Positions 15,001 through 25,500 of a stretch of DNA of 64,000 nt are shown in pieces; the first letter of the stretch is position 1; every line of letters starts with the position of its first letter. Where the stretch lies: NCBI RefSeq assembly GCF_964355755.1, contig NC_092673.1:27525648-27589647 (forward strand), written 5' to 3'. Below the pieces are notes generated by a model, which saw nothing but the letters and a program-made list of their open reading frames with translations, made no database searches and was not told the DNA's origin. Origin of the DNA: Antedon mediterranea (lineage: Eukaryota > Animalia > Echinodermata). Both the position numbers and the translations under genes were made by a program.

Positions 15001-15584
15001 CGGTCATTTCCAAAAATATTGTACATGAAATCTCTGTACTGACGGAGTTAAATTAAACAAATTTTCATTTTAAAATATATATATCCAATCTGCAGACAGT
15101 ACTGATTCGGTTAAACTCATCAATGCAGCTTAGGTTTCGAAATAAATATGTAACGCAGAACTGGCACAATATATAGATTGAGCCAGTTATGCGGGATATG
15201 GTACACTGATTATGAACACAAAGAGTGCACAAACTCAACGAGTGTGCTTTGAAAAATGGAAATAGTATTCACAACAAAACGCCTGATCCAAGCTTGACAA
15301 ATAAACTACTACTATACTATGGTGGACTTATTTATTGTTTAATAGTTCATACTATTGCACGCCATGTGACCCACAATCGTCCAATCAATTGACAGGAATT
15401 TATTTAGGTGTCATATAATATTGTATATTTGCCTTTCACAGCAATGCTTGTACAGTACATGCAGCAACGGTCCAAGATGGAAGAACTTGAAGTACAGATG
15501 TATAATATGGATTTGGACTTGAACGCTATTCTTGCAAATCTTGTAGGTGCTGGAGATGATGGCGAGGTTCAATGTACTAATTAA
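49..15584 (+). CDS. Laminin chain (beta/gamma-like), 3' part; 5' end lies outside the window. Exons: 49-177, 652-775, 1746-1885, 2268-2493, 2730-2979, 3216-3338, 3822-3959, 4393-4609, 5220-5380, 5722-5878, 6025-6227, 6382-6475, 7128-7412, 8001-8152, 8287-8919, ~9350-9630, ~10262-10403, ~10947-11124, 14670-14832, 15442-15584
   Basis: Successive GT-AG exons encode 8-Cys laminin EGF (LE) repeats (e.g. CECDPNGSVRLAC, CVPCTCNLNYAFDNNCADSGQCACKPGVGNRDC). They also encode an L4/laminin-B-like insert (FFISPAEYEGDRRTAYGQMLTF...LMRVLASISYIKIRGRY...VENCQCPVGYAGLFCEVCAPGY). Further LE repeats end in YPMCDPCPECFQDWREYIEEL, followed by a ~580-aa heptad-rich coiled coil ending ...EVQCTN* (TAA 15582-15584). 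Confidence 0.92.
733..1547 (+). repeat. 48-bp minisatellite, 17 copies, made from the last ~43 nt of a laminin exon plus its GTAAG donor
   Basis: Unit AACCGGGTGTTGGGAATCGGGACTGTGTGGAGTGCTTGCCAGGGTAAG starts at 733, 781, 829 ... 1453, 1500. There is one substitution (~1225) and one 1-nt deletion (copy 16). Confidence 0.98.
9688..9853. mobile_element. hAT-like MITE, copy 1
   Basis: Termini CAGTGGTGTAAC...GTACACCACTG; clearly homologous to the copy at 10534-10731; imperfect 8-bp TSD. Confidence 0.7.
10534..10731. mobile_element. hAT-like MITE, copy 2
   Basis: CAGTGGTGTAAC...TAGGCTACTG termini flanked by a perfect 8-bp TSD TGCACTGC (10526-10533 and 10732-10739). Confidence 0.8.
11262..14447 (-). 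mobile_element. Full-length non-LTR retrotransposon (Rex1/Babar-like), antisense in a laminin intron
   Basis: A single long ORF carries APE endonuclease and RT. The 3' tail is a (TTATC)n microsatellite, read as (GATAA)n at ~11262-11284 on +. Confidence 0.9.
11405..14443 (-). CDS. APE endonuclease-reverse transcriptase polyprotein of the LINE (true start codon uncertain)
   Basis: 1012 uninterrupted codons. Motifs: RKRGKAGG...GNVRSL, FTET, GGGLCLYI, GDFN, LDLCY, SDH (APE); KAAGPD, LRPVALTS, QFAYR, YFDFQSAFNTI, GVPQG, KFADD, KTKEM, YKYLG (RT). Confidence 0.93.
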   Translation of the reverse strand: MALCNTATQLVSLSHYCYSFFDVIFVYLDCIVLWKKSFDLYIMLYVKVLKFLYFLLIFWMFLLCGLSKPGGGIAYTSSDLHSMGERSTSPLPAHVELPSEIQRRRPRKRGKAGGVRKRLQRRKCKPFIPSLIFGNVRSLNNKVDLLRANVEHFSDFRNASLLAFTETHLSDKHSDQHIQVVGFKTVRGDRTAEANKDGGGGLCLYINEKYCHPNNSTLKLHKCSPHSEVLVVGIRPYYLPREFSHVINVMVYIPNKKLEKPAINEIAEIIEGIECSHPEALVIINGDFNRCKLKKTTATYYQHVTCKTRDNAILDLCYSSVKDAYISTPLPNLGKSDHNLILLSPKYRPLNKTCQPKIINVRKWSPEAEEALIAEFESTDWDIFTEDEDLNSITYAVSSYINFCIDKCVPVKKVKIYPNNKPWITKGVKLLLCEKRKAFKMGDSNRMKILTREIKSEIRKQKNIYRKKVEHNFRSNNMKQVWQGIKLMSGYTNGGNTPTSIPNVTVQYVNELNEFYNRFNVHDFKKEREALFSLCRVTEDDPKFSISISDVHNEFMKLNSSKAAGPDRIPPRVLKVCSPHLDGIFTFIFNMCLSYHAFPDIWKLSCIIPVPKKPKINSMNDLRPVALTSVAMKILERIILKIMQPYAEKVLDPLQFAYRSLRSTSDAIYFKLHKLYSHLDNVKKGHSARIMYFDFQSAFNTIQPHILTDKMLNMEFPRPIVRLVLNFICDRKQFVNINGVKSEIVTSDTGVPQGTVNAPKLYSLYTADYRSLNDELCPVVKFADDTSTIGLIVSNNDENYRSEIQRFVKFCDDNYLQINASKTKEMIIDFRTKHKFNFQPITIKGKEIEIVDQYKYLGIVFNDKLNWGDHIDYISKKLNPRMYCMRTLYKFNSCDLMLLSFYRSVICSVWTYCLSCWAGNVTGGNKGRLETFIRRAGKMIGLELPSFTDVHLEHLQKDFERIESDASHPLHKVIIDQLNPSGRLRLLSVKTNRFAKSFIPSGIIQYNRKSRR

Positions 15585-18500
15585 ATCAATGAATGAACAA
15601 TAGATTCATTTCATATTATATTTGTGCCAATTTTTTTTTAAATTCAAAATATTCATTGATATTAAACCAGTCATTTTAACTTACGTTTCGACTTACGACA
15701 GTTTCGTCTAGCTGTCAGCTATACTTCATTAGTTGTTGTTATTCTGATACAAGTTTTACATAAAGTACAATTATTTATGAAGTAAATGGGATAAATTGAG
15801 GTGCTTTTATTGAAAACGACTAAACCTGTTATCAATGCAATCATAGTGTTTAAAATGCTTGCTGTATATTTCCAGAGTTCTAGTATAGTAATTAGTTGTT
15901 TCATGTTTAAGGAGACTTGGTTTAAAGCTTTGCCTTAGTTTTGTATCATAAATATTATGTGTGCTAAAAATAGCTGGCAAGGGACACCTTCTTGTAAAGT
16001 AAAGTCAATATAGTTTTTAACATAATGCCTGGCCAACCCCTCAATTATTCTACTGCATTAATCAAATGCAATGTGTGTTGGGATTTTTTAATAGGAATAT
16101 GATACAATTCAATAATAATGAATTTCTATTTTGTCCAAAAATTTAATTAAGATAGAGAAAAACACAAAATAATTTATCATTGTTCTTACTAATAATATTG
16201 AGCTAATCATATAAAAAAGAGTATGAAGAATTGATATGAACAAGAAAATAATATATGATGATGTTATTATTTGTACGGAAAAAAGGGAATTGCATTTTTA
16301 AACTTGTTTTTTATAATTTATACCTACTTAATTGGTGGATCAAGAAATTAATATGTAAATAGTTTCATAAATAGATTTATTTATTTGTATATTTCAATCA
16401 TTTTTAAATCATTTTGATAATTTTGTTGGTAGTTTTTTTTATTATCGTATATTTTCCGTCCAAACAAGCCTTGAGTACATTTGTCCATTTAAATAGTCTA
16501 GAGGATTTACTTATATAGTTGATTTTAATAATATTTAATCTGAGAATGTCCTTAATTAATTAAATATTGTATAAATCTTTTTTTTTTATAAAAAAACTTT
16601 GTGTAGTAGAGTATCTTTATTGTGTAAACTAATCTATGGCTTCCATAACTTTTAATAACTGTATGTGTGTGTGTTATGTATCAATTGCCTTTTATTGTGT
16701 GAATAAGCCTATCTGTCCTAAATTATGTACTTTTCATTTTTATTTATTAATTTTGGGTGTCGTTGAAACAAAAACCTTATTTTAAATAAAATCTAAAATT
16801 GATGCTGTCTTTTGAACAATTTTGTTGCTCAATATCAGACTTAAAGATTCAACCAATAGAAACAGAGATAAATAAAAGTTGTGCACGTGGTGCAAGAACA
16901 GCAGACGATCGTCAGTCAACTTTGAGAGGCCTTGGCCTACACATAATACGCATGTAATTAATTAGTTCAAGTGTGGCACAGGGATAATTTAATATTTGAA
17001 GATTATTTATTACATCTTTTTATAACAAAGGCATAAAGGACACTATCAGCAAGTCATTTCCTATTAAATTAGGAGTTAAGGTATGTTAAACCTGGCCTAG
17101 GCCTACCTGGCATCCTCCTGCTGGGACTGGGTTATGTGTTTTCTGTTTATCACCAGGATGTAGAGTACATCTTCTTGGCTGTACACTATGTATTAAAGCA
17201 CGTGTGTGTGTAGGCGTAACCTAGCTAGAGGTCTGTCGTCACACGATCGGATAATTGATATTATGAACATCCATCATAATAAATTTCTTTCTAAAACTTG
17301 TTGTAATTGTTATATTAGTGTTCATTGTTAATTAATTGGTAAGCAGTTGATGATAGTTTAAGCTAGGGGTGGGATGCTCATGTCATTTTACATCTTTAAA
17401 TTGGCGCGTCATACCAGGCAGCTAACCACATGGCCAAAAAGAGGCAACGATATAAAGTGTGGCCCCACGTGCCACACACCCCACATTGCGAGGGCGCTAT
17501 AACGAATAAAACCCATCTCATAAATATTATTATTGTTTATTGTCAATCAAACATGAATCATTTGTCGTATTCCATTGGGAACTTTCGTTGTCAACGTAAA
17601 GAGTCGTTGAGTACTTTTTGTATTCGAATTGTAAATTTGTGCTCAACAGAAAGTCATTCGAATAGAAAACGTTGACAACGAAAGCTTTTATTCATACATT
17701 GGGGTGGTTTTGCATCAGTAATCAGCAATAAATAAACCTTACATCCAAAATGTTTTGCCATCTGCTAATCAAATCATAAACCAATGACCTGTTTATGTTT
17801 TTTGAGTAGCACACTGTAAATTTATACTTCATTATTTAAATTAAAACATTAAAATGTTGAATATAAAACATATCCATCAAATTTTTACAATACTTTAATT
17901 CTGATTTTTCATTGTAAATATAGATATTAAAATGGGGACGACATGGTCTTAAAAATTGTAAAAAAGAAATGATCAACTTCACCTACTGTAATTGCCAAAA
18001 TCTTTTAAATTTCTGCCAATTAGAATCATACTAAACATCACTAGTACATTAGCATTCATTTTTTTATTTGGATTATTGATTATATTTGTTATAAAGAAAC
18101 AATGATACAAATTGTTAATATTAAAAATCACTTTTATTCACCAGTAAAATCATGCACATTTTATATTCATAATCTAAAAACAGTAAATGTGTTCTATAAG
18201 TATTATCACATATCTACTGCATAATACGGTATTAACTATGATTTTTAAAAAATCAACTGTTAAAAAACAATTACATAATAATATTTATGTTACTATACTA
18301 CTAGCAGTGTTAAAATAATGAATACTGAGTACTGTATATATAAATGCAATTTAAAAGTATCAAAGAAAGAGCTAAAATCAGAAATACCTTGTGCGTAAAA
18401 ATAATAAATCCAAGAAGAAGAAGCCCTATATTTAATATATTTTAAGAATTTAACATACAGTAAATGCTAAGCTTAAATGCACCAAATGGCAAGAAAAGCA

Positions 18501-19526
18501 CCACATAATTGTGCGTACGGAAACAACAAATAATTTTAAAATAAAAAATGCATATTATATTAATAGAATAGAAGATAAAGTTAGTATAATTTACTGTATA
18601 CACTCAGTAATGTTAACATAAAATATTTATAATAAAATACTTGGTTACATTCCAATTAGTTAGAATAACACTATACCTGTATAGCAATATTTCTCTGTGA
18701 ATTGGTAATGTTCTAATACAACTTGTATTAAGTTAAGTAAGTACTAGTTCTCTACAAACAAACATCCTTTAAATACTGTAGATCCATCAAGGTAAAATCC
18801 AATATTTTTGTTATTTATCTGGAATTATTTTCAATGAAGATAGTTTGGTACCAAAAAGAAAATACCAGCTTTATAGCGTACTGTGAGGATGGTTTAATGA
18901 GAAAACTGTGTGCCTATAATATTTTAGTGTTCTCTCAATGAGATCAACTCTGCCAAATTTAGCGAAGTACTAAATTGTTGATATAATACTATATATAAGT
19001 AATTATTAACTACTGTAATTTAAATCTACTAAATACAAAAAAGTTTAATAATTTTGTACTTTGTTTATCAAATTGACAAAATTTCTAATTCTATGTTTTC
19101 CTATCTATGTTTCTAATGGCTAGGCCTAACCTACCACTAATAGATAAGTGTCAAACTCTGCTTCAGTAGAATACTGATAATAAAATACATTTAAAAGCTC
19201 CACCCTATATATGACAGAGTATAGTCCCAGGTGCCTGGGTACAAAAGAAACCAACAATTATAAGGTGGGATTATATTATACACAGATTGCATAACAATTT
19301 GTGAATTTAGCCTAAATTAAAGCTCTGTCTACAACAAAATTTGATGTGCTCATAAATGTATGACATCATTATCACTACCATATTTGGGCACATTTGTCAA
19401 AGTAGTTTGAAAGTGTAGACAGGGCTTTAGGGTGGAGGGATTATACTCAACATAATACAATACATGGGATTATACGCGGTCATGGTGGCATTGCCACAAG
19501 CAAGCTAATTGCTGCAGTTTAAAAGT

Positions 19527-21850
19527 TTACATTGATTTGACTTCGTCGATCTCTCTAGGAGATGCAAGACCACCGATGGCATTGAATGTCCACAGAAAAC
19601 ATCCACTTATTCCAAAATAGACATGGTACACTGTCCAAGAACTGGTCGAAAATTGAGTATAGATCATCGCCAGTAATAGAAAGATATTTTGCTGCAAGAA
19701 AAAGATATACAAAGTGTTATTATTATACTGTAGATATGTGATACAAATAGCCATGTTTGTCTTAAATATGTTTTAAAACATTAAAACCATCCACCTCAAT
19801 CATTGGCGATTCATATTTAGATAAATCATCCCTTGTTATTGCATTTATTTTTTTGTTGCGTATGCCATGAGAATGTATTTGGTATAACATTCATTTCATT
19901 TATTCGACCAAACAAAAGGCCATTAAAAACAGATCAGATAAAACAAATGCAACCTTGGTCACTATGGCTTAATCATTCCTTGTTATCATTCTCTTGTTTT
20001 CAAACTTTCTGGAAGAGCACCCATCCAACCCTTTACAGTACATTACAATTACCTCCTCAGTGTATTTGGAAACCCTTGCTATAATGAGTGTCAATCACCA
20101 CTTACCATGATTCGCCCTTGGAACTGTGCTCGTTGATTCTCTTCATCAATAAAACCAGGAGCATAACTGGACACAATAGAAGAACCAATCATGAAAGCAC
20201 CAAATAACATTGAGCTGTACTCCTGTAGCCTGGTGATTTTAATACCAACCTTTAAAGAAAAATATAATAAAAAGTGTAAACATTTTACTAACAATGAGAA
20301 AACGGACAAAACTGCACTAAGTGTTGCTTAATTTAAATACACCTTTTACCACCTAGAAAAACTTAGCAGTTTTGTAATATTGAAATTTTATGGTAAAAAA
20401 ACCCAGCAATTCCGCTTTTGGCCGCTATATGTAAAATGTTGTTGAAATAAAGATAACAAGAACAGTATTCTTGCAAGATGTGAATGGGATCCTTTCAGGT
20501 ACTCGATGGAATGGTACTAGCTAGCATTCCGAAGATATACTTATGTGTTTCTCTGGATTTTATTCATTCATGTACAAGTGGTGTTGTACAGTATGTGTTG
20601 TCCAATCCAAATATGCAATCCTACCAAATAAATAAGTATCACGTTCGTAAACTGAGTACTTAATGTAGTGGTGTAAACCAATATGCTATAAAATTACTTA
20701 AAAAAAACTTATTACCTGAGCAGATAGTAACCATTCAGGAAAAGCGTAGAAGAAAATACCAAAGACTAACGTAGCGAAGAAGTCAATACGTAGATGCAAG
20801 TTGACCTTGGTGTCAAGCTGAGTGTGACCTCCCCATTCACGTGACGTCAACAAGAAATAGATGTAGATTACCGCAAAGGCAACATTGAAGTAAATGAACA
20901 TAAGACTCTACAATGAACAATGAGTATTTATAGTTAGATTATTGCCAATAGAAATCGTAAATTAACAGGCACTATAGTATTATACACTTTCTGAAAATTG
21001 TACAACGTTATTGTAGGGTTATTTCTTGTCCAATTACACCGCTCCTCACAATGTCTGGTTTTCATTAAACCTCAGATTCCTTGAGGGATGTCTATGAAAG
21101 TTAACTGACATAATGTAAGACAAATCTATTTTTATATACAGCACTGTAAAGTAAGTAGGTAACAGTCATTTTGTAAATAGGTCTTAACTCATTTGTTTGT
21201 TTATTTGTCGCTCATTTATATACAATACAAATGCTATATAAAAATGACAGGATGAGAGATCAAGAAGATATCCTTATGATGTACTGTAGGCTCTGGAGCT
21301 TGTTTCCATAGGGGTATGTGTACAGTATGCACTTTTTAAATTTATCATTACATATTGCAAATCTATTTCAATGAACCTTAATACAATCATCATCAAAACT
21401 TACATAATCGGTGGAAGATGAAGAACGAGATCGTTGGAACAATCCACCTGCAGCAACCAAGGTACAAGTCTACAACAACAAATATTAATGCAACATTTAT
21501 TGTTTCAAATTCATTAATATTCAGTTTAAATCTGTTGTACATGTCTGATATAATTATAAGATAGATATTATAAATGCAAAATTTAGTGATGTACTCGAAA
21601 TTTTAACTTGAAGAAAGTAGACCATAAGCATACACAGAATGCCTATAAGACTCAACAGCTGTATAGTCGAGCCATTAATATTAAAGGTCGCTAATTATTA
21701 CATACGTACCACCAAACGCGACACCATCAGAACCACTCGCACCGTAGCATCAGCCGAATGTTGCACCTGGTTAAAAACGTATGCAGATGCAATCAGCACG
21801 CACCCGCTGGCCCGCACCATGTGCACAACTACGTCATCTGGTTTTTTAGT
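19527..21850 (-). CDS. Uncharacterised multi-pass membrane protein; exons 21850-21710, 21469-21404, 20907-20716, 20249-20106, 19691-19527; 5' end unresolved (possible ATG|gtaaac at 22113-22111)
   Basis: Five phase-0 exons (141, 66, 192, 144, 165 nt) with canonical GT/AG join into an open frame: TKKPDDVVVHMVRASGCVLIASAYVF...SRLV / ...SLMFIYFNVAFAVIYIYFLL...HLRIDFFATLVFGIFFYAFPEWLLSAQ / VGIK...MLFGAFMIGSSIVS...GRIM / QNIFLLLAMIYTQF...VKSM*. About 7 hydrophobic segments. Confidence 0.8.
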
Positions 21851-24384
21851 CTGGTAAATAAAAATAAAAAATGACAATTTTTTAAAAGGAATTATAATTT
21901 AAAGTCGAATCATTTATAATTTATAGTATTTATTCATAGAGGATTTATAAGATCCAATTATATTAGTAGTAATTATTAGTTAATTTTTAAAAATCATGAT
22001 TTTGGACGGACAGAAATCTTTTATTGTTTTTGTGGTATTTTTGGTCCTGTGTGACCACTCCTCTAATGTTGGTAAAGAACCACGTTTACGACCGTTCCAG
22101 ATCAGTTTACCATGTTTCATTTTAGTATACTACCCATATTATTAATGAGATAACTACACTTTATAGATATGTAATGGCGTAGTATAATATGCCATTCAAT
22201 GCTTAGTTATTCTCTTCCAGTTTAGCCTAAATGGGTAGCATTCTAAACGAGATAAGATATAGACGATCCTCAGTCAGTTCAGTCAAGCAAGGCAGCAGGT
22301 GGGTGAGTACAGAACAGTAGTTTCGGCTTAACCTACCTCCAGCTTTGACGCTAGCCCAGGAAGCACTATCGCAACTAATCCGAATATTGTACAGCACAAC
22401 ACATCCACTTGCATGAAAAATTGCTTTCCATTGTAAGCAGCATAAAGCAAAATAATGGCGACAAGTACACAAATAAGAGTTAAGAGTAATTCCATTTTAA
22501 TTTTGTAAACAACTCTGGCTTGCCAAACTGCACACGCTACATGGAATTACTTTAGTACCGCCGGTAGTAAACAGGAAGACGCTCTCGCATAGCGTCCCTC
22601 ATTTAAATATTACGTAGCCGGCTTATGAATAATGTATGAGGAATTGTTTAATTATTCATATTACTTGAAAGTCCCTGGATCGCGATATAGACTAAAGTTC
22701 AGTTTTTTTTTATAATACCAGGGATGGACAAAATACAGTAGTTTAAAATATTAGTATAATATTACATATTATTGAAAAAATAAATAAAATGGATACCATT
22801 TATCATAATGGTAGTATGATGGTGCATAGTTACATAGACTCACTTGCCCCGGTCCTTTTTTTTTATATTAGTCCACCAGTCGGCTTTTCGAGGTTTGTCT
22901 GTAAACAAGTTCAAGTAGTATACGCATGAAAGTTCCACACACGTATACTTGAGCAAACGCCAAATTTGCCAAAATATTTATCTTTTAATAATATTAAGTC
23001 AAAACTCAAAACTAGAACCTAGACTACAGTTACACTATGTCAGTGTTATGTAAGTTTTGTACGTGTAGTCCCTAATTATTTGTCCTGTAAAGCGTTACCG
23101 TTTCAATTTTAACTTATCGGCATCATTGATTACTTTTTAACGAGAGCGTCAAATAGCGTCGACTGGATAACAAGTTTATATCGCATGCTGGTGGGGATCA
23201 ATTGCACTGTTTGTAACATTCTAATAATAGTATTCCTACATTTGTATGCTGGTGCTATAAACCAATCAACCACACAACACAGAACAATAAAAATATAGTT
23301 GAAAATGATAAATAGAATTTCATTTGAATGCATTATGCATGGTTCCCACTAGAGACGCAATACAAGGACGTGATGAGAGCTAAACTGTCCTAACTTTAAT
23401 AGAAACTGCGTTAAAAATAGTGTAATGTAATTAGAGTATATACTAGTAACCATTTCTTGAACATAAAAGTGAATTGATCAATCACAAGCGATGGATTATT
23501 CGAACTGTCACTTGTCATTGGTCAACACGCTTGCGTTACGTTTACGTCCTTGCGTTACTTTCTAGTGGGAACCAATCTTTAGGTGTGGCGTTATGTCAAA
23601 ATATACATGATGCAACTTTGGCCCTCTATTTGCGCACCACCAACAACTCGTGAGTCATTTTACGTATAGGTAAACAGACACTTTCCACCCACCAAAAGGT
23701 AACCGAGTGCCTACATTGGATACGATATAATAATATGAATACCAAATGTACAGCAATGTAATGATGACCTAAATCAATTGAACGAGTGGAAATTATTTTA
23801 AATGTAACGGTTTAAAAATAAAAATGTGATGAGAGCTAAACTGTTCAATAGAAAATGCGTGGAAAAGAGTTTAATGTAATTATAGTATACTAGTAACCAT
23901 TTCTTGAACATAATATTATTAATTTAAAGCTTTGTCTTCACTATCAAACTAGTTTAACAAAAACAGTGTTGACAATAACCTGTCTCCTGTGACTATGATT
24001 TATGTTATTTGACAATATTTAGACTTTTATTTGGAGTTTGACTCTTAGTGATAAACAAGGAACTCATATAAAAGGAAAGTGACACTTTTTACTATAGAAA
24101 CCATTGTTAGATCCAAGTGATTTAGACCTTCAATTCCTAGGCCCACGAATAGAAAAAAAGTTGTACCATACGATCCATACAGGGTTAGTTTTTCCTATTT
24201 CATTGCTGGGACCTTAAACGATAGTACCGCGTCTTTTCTGCCTTCTAATCGGCCAACCAGTGCGAGGAGTCGTTGTGCTAGGCAACAGTACTATCTATTG
24301 TCTTCTGTCTATTGAAAACGTACAAATACCACTGCATAGCGAAATGGCTAATGCAACAACAGCAACGCAACTTATAGCAATTAA

Positions 24385-24520
24385 AAAGAAAAAGGTTTAT
24401 GCCGTTGCTGTCGGGAAACAACCAGGCATCTATTTATCCTGGCTGGAATGCCATCACGGAGCTTTATTCCAATCATTTTTTAGTGTCGAAAAAGCCAAAA
24501 CATATCTCAGCGAAAATGGG
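24385..24520 (+). pseudogene. Relic of an RNase H1 N-terminal hybrid-binding (Cauli_VI-type) domain, probably from a retroelement ORF1
   Basis: KKVYAVAVGKQPGIYLSWLEC...GALFQSFFSVEKAKTYL matches the YAVxxGrxxGiyxxWxeC...gaxfkkFxxxeeAxxyl pattern, with an internal deletion. No further exons are evident. Confidence 0.55.
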
Positions 24521-25500
24521 GTGTGCAATGACTTAGAATGTACTGATGCAACTAAAGTCAATGATGCTGATATGGTACTACTATTGGAACTAACATAATA
24601 TATACTGAATGTAATGATACATTACATGACCAGGTTACCACTGATGTAAACCTCCATAACATGTTATTATGTCCATATTTGGGCACATCACATTTTTTTT
24701 GTCACATAAAGTTTGATAGTGTAGACAGAGCTTTACATTTCGTTTGTGACGACTCATTGAACAATTGTGTTACTTCATTTTGCGCATGCGGGAATGTTGG
24801 GATAACAAACCGATGTGAGACCATTGGTCGTAGCAAATCGGAAGTATGGTTTAGAAAACTTTCAGTAAAAATACGTGACCTTAAATGTGTGTTCACTTTT
24901 GTATTATATATTTTTTGCAGTTTCTTAATTAAGATTAATTATGGAGCAAATGAATCATTACTTTTTGAAATCTCTTTTATAGGGCAGATCATGCGGCTAT
25001 TTTATAAACCAGCAAGTTTGAGAAGAAATAAATTTAAAGACAAAATGTATGTTAAAAGTATTTATTTTTAGTCAGTATTGATATCAGAATTCAAACCAAC
25101 TCATTTGAATTACAAAAAAATTATTAAGTTAAAATAAATTAAAACCAATTCGTAATATAACACCGATTGACAAGAGAATGTTGCTGTACGTAATTTAAGT
25201 TGTCGCCGCCTAGCGGCGATAATCAACTTTACGAATCAGTCTGTGTTTTCAGGTAGGCCTAGTTTTGGCGTACATTGAATTACAAAGTTAGAATTTAAAT
25301 TGATTGAAAAACAGTTACATCTTGATGTTTTATTGAATAATTATCGTGAAGATATTAAACAACGATTATAAAAATAGGAAAAAAAAGCTAAACTAAATCA
25401 TTTTGGCGTATTTTGCCTGATACCAGTTTAGTTTTGTTGTAGGCTAGCCCAGTAAAAATTAAGACACATTTTGGTGATTCGCTCATTCGAATGGTTAGAC

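Noticed and set aside
22844-22898. Small minus-strand AG...GTGAGT-bounded segment as a coding exon of the membrane-protein gene
   Set aside because: Its phase and content do not join the downstream phase-0 exon convincingly. It could be a UTR exon but cannot be supported without transcripts.
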